Assembly: GCF_028368995.1 (NCBI RefSeq)
Contig: NZ_JAQNDL010000004.1
Span: 320,001 to 384,000, forward strand
Direction of reading: 5' to 3'
Source of the DNA: Nannocystis bainbridge
GTDB lineage: Bacteria; Myxococcota_A; Polyangia; Nannocystales; Nannocystaceae
Length of the DNA: 64,000 bases
Shown: positions 9,499 through 21,335 of the stretch, piece by piece
Layout of the letters: every line of letters begins with the position of its first letter
Position numbering within the stretch: position 1 is the first letter of the stretch
Position numbers and translations under genes: made by a program
The notes under the pieces: model-generated
Database searches by the model: none
Told to the model about the DNA's origin: nothing
Seen by the model: the letters and a program-made list of their open reading frames with translations, nothing else

Positions 9499-10944
9499 TT
9501 ACTTGACGAGGTCGTCGGCGGTGCGCGGGGCCAGCTTGAAGTTCTCGAAGCTGAACACCAGCGGGCCGGTGATCGACGCGAAGGTGTCGTCGACCGCGGG
9601 CTTGGGCCAGTCGGCGGTGGCGAAGAACAGGTCGTCGAGGCGGAGGCCGCCGTCGATCGTCCACTCGCCGAACATGTCGGCCTCGGCGGTCACCGTCACG
9701 TTCTCGACGGTGACGAGCACCGACTCGTAGTTCTCGCTCATCGAGCCCGAGGTGGCGACGTCGGCCGCGTCGACCACGATCGGCGAGGGCACGGCGTCGG
9801 TGCCGCTGACGATCACGTCGCCGGCCTTGCCGGCGGTGATCTGCGACATCTCGTAGAACTCGGAGTAGAGCCCGTTGATGGTGACGACGTCGCCGGGCTG
9901 GACCGCCAGCATGTCGGGGTTCTGGTTGATGTAGACGTAGATGCCCGAGTACTCGCCGCCGGCCGGGTCCTGGACGAAGAAGCCGTCCTTCTTGAAGTTC
10001 AGCGGGCTGGTGACGACCACGTTCTCGACCGTGACGAAGCTGCCCTCGCCGACGTTGCCTTGCTGGATGTCGAAGATCGTGACGGCGCCCATCGGTCCGG
10101 TCGTGGTGTCGGTGTCGGTGTCGGTCGTGTTGCCGCCCTCGCACTCGAAGCCGACGTAGTCGTCGCAGCTGCGCGGCACCAGCTTGAAGTTGCCGAAGTT
10201 GTAGACCAGCGGCCCGGTGAGGGTCAGCGTGGTGTCGACCGGCGGCTTGGGCCCGCCCTCGGGCAGGAAGAACATGTCGTCGATGCGCAGGCCGCCGGTG
10301 ACCTCGAACTCGCCGAAGCCGAGGTCGGCGTTGGTGACGTCGACGTTCTCGACGGTGACCACCACGCTCTCCCACACCTCGGTCAGCGCGCCGCCGTTGG
10401 CGATGTCGGGCGGCGACACGACCGGCGGGGTCGGGGGGGTGGCGGTGCCGGTGATCATGATGTCGTCGGCGAGCGAGATGTTGATCTCGCTGAACGTCTC
10501 GGTGCCGGTGTCGTCCATCGCCTTGTACTCGACGTACTCGCCGACGACGGTGAGCTTGTCGCCCGGCTTCGGCACCTTGCCCTGGGCCATCAGCTCGGTG
10601 GCGGTGTCAGGGTAGATGTAGAGCTGGATGCCCGAGTACTCGCCGCCGTCGAGCTCCTGGATGAACACCGAGCCAGCCCCGCTGCCGCTGAACTTCGTCG
10701 GCGAGACGACGACCACGTCCTTGACGCGCACCAGCGAGTTCGGCGTGACCTTGTCCTGCTGGAGGTCGAAGATGGTGGTGTCTTGCAGGCCACCGCCGTC
10801 GGTCGGCTGGTTGCCGGTCGGCGAGGAGTCGCCGGTGCCGGCGGTGCCGTCGGTCGCCGTCGCGTCGTCACCCGCGGTGGTGGAGTTGTTGAACGCGTTG
10901 CAGGCGAACAGACACAGCGCAGTGCAGGGGACGAGTCGACGCAT
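9499..10944 (-). CDS. Lipoprotein with a duplicated OB-fold-like module (extracellular nuclease/YhcR N-terminal-like)
   Basis: LFAC lipobox; two copies of TIFD(L/I)QQ...F(I/V)Q...YSGI(Q/Y)...GD..TV.G...E...ESV.VTVENV.VT...FGE...GPLV..F.NFKL.PR. Confidence 0.75.
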   Translation of the reverse strand: MRRLVPCTALCLFACNAFNNSTTAGDDATATDGTAGTGDSSPTGNQPTDGGGLQDTTIFDLQQDKVTPNSLVRVKDVVVVSPTKFSGSGAGSVFIQELDGGEYSGIQLYIYPDTATELMAQGKVPKPGDKLTVVGEYVEYKAMDDTGTETFSEINISLADDIMITGTATPPTPPVVSPPDIANGGALTEVWESVVVTVENVDVTNADLGFGEFEVTGGLRIDDMFFLPEGGPKPPVDTTLTLTGPLVYNFGNFKLVPRSCDDYVGFECEGGNTTDTDTDTTTGPMGAVTIFDIQQGNVGEGSFVTVENVVVTSPLNFKKDGFFVQDPAGGEYSGIYVYINQNPDMLAVQPGDVVTINGLYSEFYEMSQITAGKAGDVIVSGTDAVPSPIVVDAADVATSGSMSENYESVLVTVENVTVTAEADMFGEWTIDGGLRLDDLFFATADWPKPAVDDTFASITGPLVFSFENFKLAPRTADDLVK

Positions 10945-11240
10945 GATTCCAGCTCCTTCGCAGCTCGTGGCCTCGAGAGGCCGTGCAGTGATTCGCGGCG
11001 CGTGCCGCCAGAAGAGGCGTTCCGTGCGCCCGGACACTTACTTTGCGGCCAAGCGCGATGTCAAGCCTGGCCCCTGTGATGCAGCGAGCGAGGCCGGGTC
11101 CCAGGCCCGCCTTTGTGAGGCGATCCCCCAGCGAACGTTGTGACGCGGTCGACAACGGGACGACGTCGGGCCGACGTCGGCGCCGCACGCGGGGCGCCGC
11201 CGCGAACGTTGAACCACGGGCGCCGAGGCCGAGCCGCGGG

Positions 11241-12335
11241 CTACTGCGAGGACGACTGGATGTCGGCGTCGTCGCGGGTGTAGAGCAGCCAGGACGGTCG
11301 CGCGGCGGCGTGGTAACGCAGGTCGCCGACGATGTTCAGCTTGCCGCCGACGTGGTCGGCCGGGTCGAAGCCGGTCGCGCTGAGGGCGCTGACGACGTTG
11401 ACCCCGCCCTTGCCGTTGTTGCAGTTGCCGGAAGGGTCGACGAGCACCACCCACTGGCCGAACGTCGCGTAGCCGTCACCCAGCGGACACACCGTGACGT
11501 CTCGCACCTCGACCAGACGGCTCTCCAATTTCTCCATCGCCTGATCGTCGTCGACGAGATCGCTGGTGATTTGCACGGGCACCAGGTTGGACAGCTTGCC
11601 GCCGACCCGGTAGGTCGGGAAGCTGAGCTCGGTGAAGCCGTAGAACTCGACCACCGTGCCGATGATGTCCTCGATCACCGAGCCCTGCTCGATGCCCTTC
11701 GGCCGCGAGTGCGTGTGGGCGAAGATGGCGTTGTAGCCGGTCGCCATGTCGGTCAGGTCGGTCAAGTAGAAGCCGTCGACGGCGATGCCGGTGACCACCA
11801 GCGTGCGACCCTCGGCGTTGACCTTGACGAAGTCGCCGTTGAGCGGCGAGCTGGCCGGGATGTCGGTCTCGTTGATCTCGCGCAGGGTCGGGTGGGCGAC
11901 GTGGATCGTCGGCGACAGGCCGGTGGCGTAGCTGCCCGGGGCCTCCTCGGTGCCGCGGTCCTCGACCCAGATGTTGGTGGCGCCGTGGGCCCGCATGACC
12001 TCGACCGGGACGCCCAGCGCCTGGCCCTCGGTGACGGTGATCGTGGTCGGCTGACCCGCGGCGAGCTGCCCGCGCGGGGCGACGTCGAGAGTGACCTGTC
12101 CCGAGAACCAGGTGGCAGTCTCGCCGGCGTCGTCGACGGCGCGGATGTCGAGGACGAACTGCCGGCCGCTGCCGCTGTAGATCAGCGGGGCCTTCTCGCT
12201 GCCGACCTCGCCCTCGACTTCGACCTTGAAGGTGAGCGGCGCGACCTTGCCGGTGCTCTTGTCGATCTCCTGGACGCAGGCGGGGCCGCCGGCGAGCAGG
12301 AGGGCGAGGACGGAGACGGGGTGCTTCGTGTTCAT
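11241..12335 (-). CDS. Lipoprotein with OB-fold-like nucleic-acid-binding module
   Basis: ATG 12335; GPAC lipobox; VVTGIAVDGFYLTD, GTVVEFYGFTEL, MEKLESRLVEVRDVTV. Confidence 0.75.
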   Translation of the reverse strand: MNTKHPVSVLALLLAGGPACVQEIDKSTGKVAPLTFKVEVEGEVGSEKAPLIYSGSGRQFVLDIRAVDDAGETATWFSGQVTLDVAPRGQLAAGQPTTITVTEGQALGVPVEVMRAHGATNIWVEDRGTEEAPGSYATGLSPTIHVAHPTLREINETDIPASSPLNGDFVKVNAEGRTLVVTGIAVDGFYLTDLTDMATGYNAIFAHTHSRPKGIEQGSVIEDIIGTVVEFYGFTELSFPTYRVGGKLSNLVPVQITSDLVDDDQAMEKLESRLVEVRDVTVCPLGDGYATFGQWVVLVDPSGNCNNGKGGVNVVSALSATGFDPADHVGGKLNIVGDLRYHAAARPSWLLYTRDDADIQSSSQ

Positions 12336-12352
12336 GGCGGGCGACCTCGTTC

Positions 12353-14152
12353 CTAGTACTTGGTGACGATGCGACCGTCGGGCACGGCGTACCCGGACTT
12401 GCAGAGGTCGAGCGGCGTGTTGGTGTCGTAGCAGGCGGGCAGCTGCGGGATGTCCCGCATGTACTGGATCATCGCCTCGCGGATCGGGATGCCGGTGTTG
12501 ACCTTGGTGGTGTTGCGCTTGAGCATGCGGAAGCCGCTGCCGCCCCACGCCATGTAGTCGTTGGTGCACATGTCGTAGGCGCGGGCGGACTTGAGCGGCT
12601 CGCCGTTGATCTTGATGTCCTCGGCCTTGCCGGTGCGACAGTTCATCGTGAAGCTGATGCCGGAGACCTGGATCTGCGAGTTGCAGCCGCGCTCGGCGCT
12701 CGAGCGGGTGGCGAAGTCCAGCAGCTCCTGGACCTCGAGGCCGCTCAGGATCATCGTCGTGATCGTGTTCTCGAACGGCATCACGTTGTACATCTGCTCG
12801 TACGTGATCGGGCCGGCGAGGATGTCGGTGCGGATGCCGAGCGAGTTGGTGACGCAGAACTCGGTCTCGATGTAGCGGCGGTACTGCATCGCCTCGGCGA
12901 CCAGGTTGCCGAGCATGCTGTCGCCGCCGGTGTTGCCGAACCGCCGCAGCGACTCGGTCGCGGTCGTGATCACGCGGTCGAGCAGCAGCGTCTGCGCCAT
13001 CTCGTTGATGTACTCCTGCAGGACCTCGCGGGTCTCCGGGTCCTCGGGCACGGTGGCGTCGATCGGGAACAGCTTGAACTTGTGCGAGATGATGTGCTTG
13101 TCGCGGACGACGATGTCGAGCCGCGAGACGAACTTGGCGAACGCGTTCGGGTGGGCCAGCAGGGTCTGGCGCCGGTGCTCGGGCTTGCACTCGCCGATGC
13201 CGCGCGGCGGGTCCTTGCCGTCAGGGTCGGCGCCGGCCTCGGGGTCGTCTTCCTCGCCCTCGCTGTCGACCGTCACGACCTCGGCGTCCATGTCGGGCCG
13301 GGCCGAGATGTACTTGGCGTCGGGGTTGTAGTCGATCAGCTTGGGCGGGCTGAGGGCGATGTGGTGGTGGCCGCCGAGGATCAGGTCGAGGCCACAGATG
13401 TTGCGCGCCAGGACCTCGTCCTCGGTCAGCCCGAGGTGGTCGAGCAGGACCACCAGGTCGACCGACTCGCGCAGGAAGTTGGTGTAGAACTGGACGGTCT
13501 GCAGGGTCTCCTTCGGCAGGACCCCGAGGTTGTTGGTGCCGTCCTCGAGGCTGTTCATCGAGCTGAGGTTGCCCATGCCGATGATGCCGAGCTTGAGGCC
13601 GTCGACGTTGTAGACGACGAACGGCTTGACGATGATGTCGAACTTGGTGGCGAACGGCTTGGCGTCGTCCTCGAACTCGTAGTTGGCGGCCAGCAGGTCG
13701 AAGTCGCCGAAGCTCGAGAACTGCTCGAGCACGTTCTCCGGGCCGTGGTCGAACTCGTGGTTGCCGAGCGCCATGGCGTCGAGACCGGCCATCGACATCG
13801 CCCGCACCTCGGCCTCGCCGTTGAAGATGTTGAAGATCGGGGCGCCCTGGAACAGGTCGCCGGAGTCGACCCAGATCGAGCGTCCGGCGTGCTCTCGCTC
13901 GCGCTTGACGATGTGAGCCATGCGCGCGACGCCGCCGTACGGCCCGCGGCCCTTGGCCAGCCCGAGCTGCTGCTCGGTGTAGAGCGGGACGTGGTCGTAC
14001 GGCAAGATCCGCGAGTGCACGTCCGAGGTGTGCAGGATCGTGAGCCGGACGTCCTGACCGGTGAGGTCGGGGTTGTCGGCCTCGTAGAGGCACGAGCCCA
14101 GCGAAAGGGTCGCAAGCAGGCCGAGGGCGATCGAAGGACGCGAGTTCCGCAC
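12353..14152 (-). CDS. Bifunctional metallophosphatase/5'-nucleotidase (UshA-like) lipoprotein
   Basis: GTG 14152; LGSC lipobox; HTSDVH, DSGDLFQG, GNHEFD, DHLG, GGHHH; C-terminal NSLGIR...PFEN...NDYMAWGGSGF. Confidence 0.95.
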   Translation of the reverse strand: MRNSRPSIALGLLATLSLGSCLYEADNPDLTGQDVRLTILHTSDVHSRILPYDHVPLYTEQQLGLAKGRGPYGGVARMAHIVKREREHAGRSIWVDSGDLFQGAPIFNIFNGEAEVRAMSMAGLDAMALGNHEFDHGPENVLEQFSSFGDFDLLAANYEFEDDAKPFATKFDIIVKPFVVYNVDGLKLGIIGMGNLSSMNSLEDGTNNLGVLPKETLQTVQFYTNFLRESVDLVVLLDHLGLTEDEVLARNICGLDLILGGHHHIALSPPKLIDYNPDAKYISARPDMDAEVVTVDSEGEEDDPEAGADPDGKDPPRGIGECKPEHRRQTLLAHPNAFAKFVSRLDIVVRDKHIISHKFKLFPIDATVPEDPETREVLQEYINEMAQTLLLDRVITTATESLRRFGNTGGDSMLGNLVAEAMQYRRYIETEFCVTNSLGIRTDILAGPITYEQMYNVMPFENTITTMILSGLEVQELLDFATRSSAERGCNSQIQVSGISFTMNCRTGKAEDIKINGEPLKSARAYDMCTNDYMAWGGSGFRMLKRNTTKVNTGIPIREAMIQYMRDIPQLPACYDTNTPLDLCKSGYAVPDGRIVTKY

Positions 14153-14551
14153 GGTTGCGGCGAGAGGTAACAGGCCCCGCGCGTTCGCGCAATCCGGACC
14201 GGGGTCGCGGCGGTCGTGGCCCAGGTCATGCTCCCCGGGCCCGACCGCGTGCAGGCTCCGCGGGCCGAACGCTGCTCCGGCCGCGGCTCCAGGCGGTGCG
14301 TGCGCGTGTCGCTTTAAAGTCACAGGCAGGCGTCGGCAGCCTCGCACGCGGGTCACACCGCGGCTCTGCTTGCTCGGGTTCGGAGACCCCCTCGTCGCCG
14401 TCCGCGGGATCGTGACACCGAGCGGGCTCGCCGTCGCCGGTGCCGGACCTCCGACCATCGGCGGCGGGGGTGCAGCCCTGAGCGACGCGGGGTCGGGGCC
14501 GCGCGGTCGACCTGCCGCGCTCGCGGTGCAGGCGTGGCGGGCACGTGAACA

Positions 14552-14593
14552 TGACCGCAGGGACATGCCCGAACGGACATGTCCCTGCGGTAA
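14552..14593. repeat. 14-bp-phased palindrome array (3 units)
   Basis: tgaccgcagggaca|tgcccgaacggaca|tgtccctgcggtaa. Confidence 0.85.
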
Positions 14594-14608
14594 GGTCGGG
14601 CGGAGCGA

Positions 14609-15553
14609 TCAGCCCATGGGGATGCCGCACAGGCCGAGGTTCTCGAACCCGGGCGGGGCGGTGCCTTGCTCGTACCAGGTGATGCACTCCTGGCCGGCGC
14701 CGGGGCAGTCGGGCGCGGTGATGTCGCAGTAGGGCAGGCAGCAGCCGAGGGCCGAGGAGTCGCACTCGGTGGCGAAGCCGGGGTCCTGGCAGGTGAGGCC
14801 CTTGTCGCAGGCGTTGGCGAACTCGCACGGGTCGAAGGCGACGCCGGCGTCGCCGGAGGCGTCGAGGACGCACACGAAGCCCTCGTCGGCGGGGTTCGGC
14901 AGGCACAGGTCGCTGCCGGCGCAGTCCTGCAGCAGCGGGTCGCACTGCGGCAGGCACAGGTTGAGCACGCCGTCGTTGGCGATCACGCAGGTGGTCGACT
15001 GATCGGCGCAGTCGGGGGCTTCGGGCGAGCCGTTGCAGAGGTCGACGCAGGTGCCCTGGCCGGTGTCGTTGTCGACGTTCCAGCACATCGAGCCGAGGGC
15101 GCACGAGTCGATGCCGCTGACGCCGCTGCCCTCGACGGTGCACGGGTCACCCGGGGCGCCGCTGTTCTCCTCGACGGGGACGCACTTGAGGCTGTTCCAC
15201 GAGGAGCCGCCGTCGTTGGCCCAGGCGGAACACTTCTGGCCGGCGGGGCAGTCCTGGGCCCAGTTGTCGCACTCCACCTCCGGCGGCGGGGTGCCGGTGG
15301 TGCCGCACTGGATGAAGCTGCAGGTGGTGTCGCCGTCGGTCTCGGTCTCGCCGTCGGTCTCGCTGGTGGCCGCCGATTCGGTGGTGGTCTGCGGCGGATC
15401 GACCGTCTCGCCGGCGCTGGTCGAGGTGCCGCTCTCGCTGTCCTCTTCACCACCGGAGGTGGTGTTGATGCCCGCGGTCGGGCTGACCGGTTCCTTGTTC
15501 TCGCACGCCATCAGCAACAGCGCGGCCGTCAGAGTCGTCCATGCTCGCTTCAT
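14609..15553 (-). CDS. Cys-rich myxobacterial lipoprotein
   Basis: MKRAW...LLMAC lipobox; Thr/Ser/Glu linker; CDNWAQDCPAGQKC...CDPLLQDC repeats typical of Nannocystaceae-type lipoproteins. Confidence 0.88.
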   Translation of the reverse strand: MKRAWTTLTAALLLMACENKEPVSPTAGINTTSGGEEDSESGTSTSAGETVDPPQTTTESAATSETDGETETDGDTTCSFIQCGTTGTPPPEVECDNWAQDCPAGQKCSAWANDGGSSWNSLKCVPVEENSGAPGDPCTVEGSGVSGIDSCALGSMCWNVDNDTGQGTCVDLCNGSPEAPDCADQSTTCVIANDGVLNLCLPQCDPLLQDCAGSDLCLPNPADEGFVCVLDASGDAGVAFDPCEFANACDKGLTCQDPGFATECDSSALGCCLPYCDITAPDCPGAGQECITWYEQGTAPPGFENLGLCGIPMG

Positions 15554-15595
15554 CTCGCACCTTCCTCGCGTCATTAAGCCGGATGAGCAACGGCA

Positions 15596-15637
15596 TGTCC
15601 TTATGGACATGTACATTGCGACATGTCTTTGGGATCA
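15596..15637. repeat. 14-bp-phased palindrome array (3 units) upstream of the Cys-rich lipoprotein gene
   Basis: tgtccttatggaca|tgtacattgcgaca|tgtctttgggatca. Confidence 0.85.
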
Positions 15638-15699
15638 GCCGCCGGCAGCCCGCCTGCGCATCCGTGCGCGCCCATACCCATTGGGGCGTCCGCAACGGA

Positions 15700-15820
15700 A
15701 GATGCTCAGGTGATAAAACTGCAAAACAGTTAATCCTTGCAACAAGTCTTATACAACCTCCGAAACCAACGCAAGGAATTTAAGTTTATCGGTGTCGATT
15801 GTTTGTTTTACTCGATCATG
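15700..15820. promoter_or_regulatory. AT-rich upstream regulatory region
   Basis: gataaaactgcaaaacagttaatcc...aaggaatttaagtttat...ttgtttgttttac in a very GC-rich background. Confidence 0.5.
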
Positions 15821-15952
15821 AGGGCAGCACCTCGGACGAGCGTCCTTTGCGCGTGGGGCAAATCGCGCTCCGCGGATGCGAGCCGGGGCGCGACCCAACG
15901 CAAAACGGCGCCCACGAGGGCGCCGTCCGGCTTCGCGATCGCGGGGCGCGGG

Positions 15953-17005
15953 CTACTTGCCGCCGCTGATCTGGAGGTTCAGGTCCATGTCCATGGTCAT
16001 CGGCATCTTCACGCCGTTGGCGTCGGTGGTCATGCCGATCGAGGACTTCAGGTTCATCTCGCCCTTGACCGGAGCGACGCGGGCGAGGTCGACCTCGGTG
16101 GTGCCGGAGCCGTTCGACTCGAGGCGGTCGAGGCTGACCTTGGCGCCCTCGGGCATGCCGGGGGCGGTGATGGTCTGCTGGGCGGCCGTCTGGACGATGG
16201 TGCTGGCGAGCTGGACGACGGTGCCGTCGCGGCCCTTGAGCTCCCAGGTGGCGATCTGGTCGAGCTTCATGCCCTGCTGATCGAGCTGCTGGGTGACGGT
16301 CCACTTGGCGCCGACGCCGAGCGCCTCCTCGGGGAAGGGCACCGACATCTGGTTGATCTGCTGACGCATGCTGTCGACGGTCTGCTTGATCTGCGGGTTC
16401 ACGTCGGCGGGCATGTTGAAGTCGGCCGACTTGACGATGCCGCGCGGGGTGATGAGCGAGGTGCCCGACATCTTGTTCATGGTGCCGAGCACGCCCTTGA
16501 GCTGCTGGACCATGGCGTCGGGGACCTTGGGGTCGGGCAGGACCTCGATCTTGTCGAGGCTGAACTCGCTGCGGATGTCGCCCTCGCCGGTGATCTCGGT
16601 GACCTTGAGGTTCATGGTCATCTGCATCGGCGGGATGTCGGTCTTCGGCATCGCGTTGGGGCCGATCTGCATGGCCATGCCCATGCGCATGGTCATGATC
16701 ATGGCCTGCTCCTGACCGGCGGTGAGCTTGAGCCGCAGCGGCTCGCGCGGCTCGGCGCCAGGCTCGATCAAGGTGACGACCGAACCCTTGCCGGTGGTGG
16801 CGGCGGCGTCGGGGGCGACGACCGGGGCGGGCGGGGTCGCGTCAGGCTTGGCGACGACCGGCGCGGGCGGCGGAGCGTCGGTCTTGGTCGGCGCGACCTC
16901 GGTCTTGGTTGCCGGCTTGCTGTCGGTAGGCTGACAGCCGAAGAGGTGCAGCGCAGCGGCTGCGAGCGGGACACAGAGGACGCGGAGACGGGGGCGGAGC
17001 GACAT
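15953..17005 (-). CDS. Lipoprotein, DUF6263-like
   Basis: LFGC lipobox; Pro-rich linker; LIEPGAEPREPLRLKL; PFPEEALGVGAKW. Confidence 0.8.
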   Translation of the reverse strand: MSLRPRLRVLCVPLAAAALHLFGCQPTDSKPATKTEVAPTKTDAPPPAPVVAKPDATPPAPVVAPDAAATTGKGSVVTLIEPGAEPREPLRLKLTAGQEQAMIMTMRMGMAMQIGPNAMPKTDIPPMQMTMNLKVTEITGEGDIRSEFSLDKIEVLPDPKVPDAMVQQLKGVLGTMNKMSGTSLITPRGIVKSADFNMPADVNPQIKQTVDSMRQQINQMSVPFPEEALGVGAKWTVTQQLDQQGMKLDQIATWELKGRDGTVVQLASTIVQTAAQQTITAPGMPEGAKVSLDRLESNGSGTTEVDLARVAPVKGEMNLKSSIGMTTDANGVKMPMTMDMDLNLQISGGK

Positions 17006-17087
17006 GCGCGGCGAGGCTACCACAGGCGGCTGTCGCCAGCGTGGCGGCGGCGGGGGGGCCAGGACCTCGCGGAGGCGTCGACGCGGC

Positions 17088-18722
17088 TCAGGGCAGGCGA
17101 CGGCCGCTGGCCTCGACGGCGGCCCGCACCCGGGCGAGCGCGGCGAGGACCTGGGGGTCGCTCTGCAGCTTCTCCAGCGGGCTCGGCAGCCGCCAGGTCC
17201 AGTTGTGATCGCCGACGGTGGCGGGCTTGTTGATCCGGTCGCGCACGCCGAGGAGGTCCTGCAGGAGCAGCAGCACGAGGTCGCTGCCGGCGGCGAAGAC
17301 GAGGTGGAGCAGGGCGGCGTGCACGGCCGGGGTGAACTCGCGGCCGAGCGGTTCGGGCATGTCCTTGAGGCCAGGTAGCTTCTGGACCTCGGCCCGCTCG
17401 GCGGGGCTCAGCTCGTCCCACCAGACGGCGACGGGGGCGGTGTCGTGAGTGCCGAAGGTGGCGACCGAGAGCGCCGGGTAGCCGGCGGGGTCGCGGAAGG
17501 CGTCGCCGTCCTTCTCCCAGATCAGGACCTTGTAGCCGGGGGCGCCGAGCTTGTGCAGCGAGGGGCCGACGTAGGCGGGGATCGATCCGAGGTCCTCGGC
17601 GATGAGCCGGGCGCCCCGCTCGGCGGCGCTGGCGATGATGGCCCCGATGACCTTCTCGCCGTGGGCGAGCTGCTCGGGCTCGGTCGGCGGGTCGAAGGTG
17701 CCGGGCACGAGCTTGCCCTTGTCGTCGCGCCGCCGCTCGTAGGGCCGCATGTACGTGCGATAGAAGCCGACCAGGTGATCGATGCGGAAGCGGTCGTAGA
17801 GGGTGGCGCTGTAGGCCGCGCGCCGCCGCAGCCAGGCGAAGTCGGGATCGCCGGCGGCCATGATCCGCCAGTGGTACGGCGGCAGGCCCCAGTCCTGGCC
17901 GTCCTCGTCGAACTGATCGGCGGGCACGCCGACCGACATGTCCATGCGGAACTCGGCGTGGTGGACCCAGACGTCGGCGCTGTCGCGATCGACCATGAAC
18001 GGGAGGTCGCCCATGAGCTCGACGCCGAGCCGCGCGAGCTCGCTGCGCGCGGCGGCCCACTGAGCGTGGGCGAGCCACTGCACGTACTCGTGATAGAGGA
18101 CGGCGTCGGCGTGGCGGGCCTGAGCGGCGCGCAGGGCGGCGCGGTCGCGCTCGCGCAAGGGGTCGGGCCACTGCCACCAGGCGGCGCCGTGGTGGGCGTC
18201 CTTGATCGCGCGGAAGAGGGCGTAGTCGGGCAACCACCGGCGCTGGGCGTCGCAGAACTCGATGAAGGCGCGAGCCCGCGGCGACTTGACGGTGCCGGCC
18301 TGCAGCTCGCGCTCGACGAAGTGCTTGAAGCCGGCGGTCAGCGCCTTGCGCTTGAGCTCGCGGACGGTGGCGTAGTCGATGGTGCTGCGCTTGCGGGCGG
18401 CGGCGAGCGCGGTGACGCCGGCGGGCCCGAGCACGTCGCGGGTGCTCAGGTGCTGCAGGTCGACGACGGGACCGAGCGAGATGAACATCGGATCGATGCC
18501 GAACGCCGACAAAGCGGCGTACGGCGAGGTGTTGCCGATGGAGATCTCGTTCAGCGGGAGGACCTGGACGAGGGAGATCCCGGCCCTGGCGATGAAGGCC
18601 GCGAACGCCGGCAGATCGCCGATCTCGCCGATCCCCCACGACTGCTCGGAGCGCAGCGAGAACAGCGGGACGGTGACGCCGGCGACGCGGCCGGCGGGCG
18701 AGGAGGCGGTGGTCTGGCTCAT
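17088..18722 (-). CDS. malQ: 4-alpha-glucanotransferase (GH77)
   Basis: GIGEIGDL, SPYAALS, GDLPF, GQDWGLP, RIDHLVG, AEDLG, GTHD, NKPAT..NWTWR. Confidence 0.96.
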   Translation of the reverse strand: MSQTTASSPAGRVAGVTVPLFSLRSEQSWGIGEIGDLPAFAAFIARAGISLVQVLPLNEISIGNTSPYAALSAFGIDPMFISLGPVVDLQHLSTRDVLGPAGVTALAAARKRSTIDYATVRELKRKALTAGFKHFVERELQAGTVKSPRARAFIEFCDAQRRWLPDYALFRAIKDAHHGAAWWQWPDPLRERDRAALRAAQARHADAVLYHEYVQWLAHAQWAAARSELARLGVELMGDLPFMVDRDSADVWVHHAEFRMDMSVGVPADQFDEDGQDWGLPPYHWRIMAAGDPDFAWLRRRAAYSATLYDRFRIDHLVGFYRTYMRPYERRRDDKGKLVPGTFDPPTEPEQLAHGEKVIGAIIASAAERGARLIAEDLGSIPAYVGPSLHKLGAPGYKVLIWEKDGDAFRDPAGYPALSVATFGTHDTAPVAVWWDELSPAERAEVQKLPGLKDMPEPLGREFTPAVHAALLHLVFAAGSDLVLLLLQDLLGVRDRINKPATVGDHNWTWRLPSPLEKLQSDPQVLAALARVRAAVEASGRRLP

Positions 18723-18912
18723 GGCGGGGATGCGCCCGCGCGAGGCCGAGCGCCATGATCCAAGTAGCAGGCCGGACCCGCGCTGCGAAGTCCAAACCAG
18801 CGGAACCCGCGCAAATCGGCGGCACAAACGAAGCGGCTGCGCCGATCTCGCCGGTCGCGCGCGGGCCTGTCGGTGGCCCGCGCCCCGGGACGGGTGTTGT
18901 AGCGTTCGGCTG

Positions 18913-21060
<2,148 letters not shown>

Positions 21061-21335
21061 GGGGGCGGCCCCGCGACATGTCCGCGACGCGAACGACGGT
21101 CGGCGCCGCCGACCTCGACCGCACCCGCGTCGGAGGTCGCGGACGGTCGAGGTGCATGCTGCGCCGCGCAGGTCGGACGTCGTGGCAGGGGGACGCGAGG
21201 ATGCGAGGCGACGCACGCACGGGGGCGCGGAGACCCACGAGAGCGCGCCCCGGCAAGGTCACGCGGGGACGCAAAGTCAGCGAGCCGCGAGCGGTTTGCA
21301 CGGCGCGCGTTCCTCGGTAAAAGCCGCCGGCAAGG

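Noticed and set aside
14609-15553. Enzyme annotation for the Cys-rich lipoprotein
   Set aside because: No catalytic motifs; only disulfide-type repeats and a low-complexity linker.
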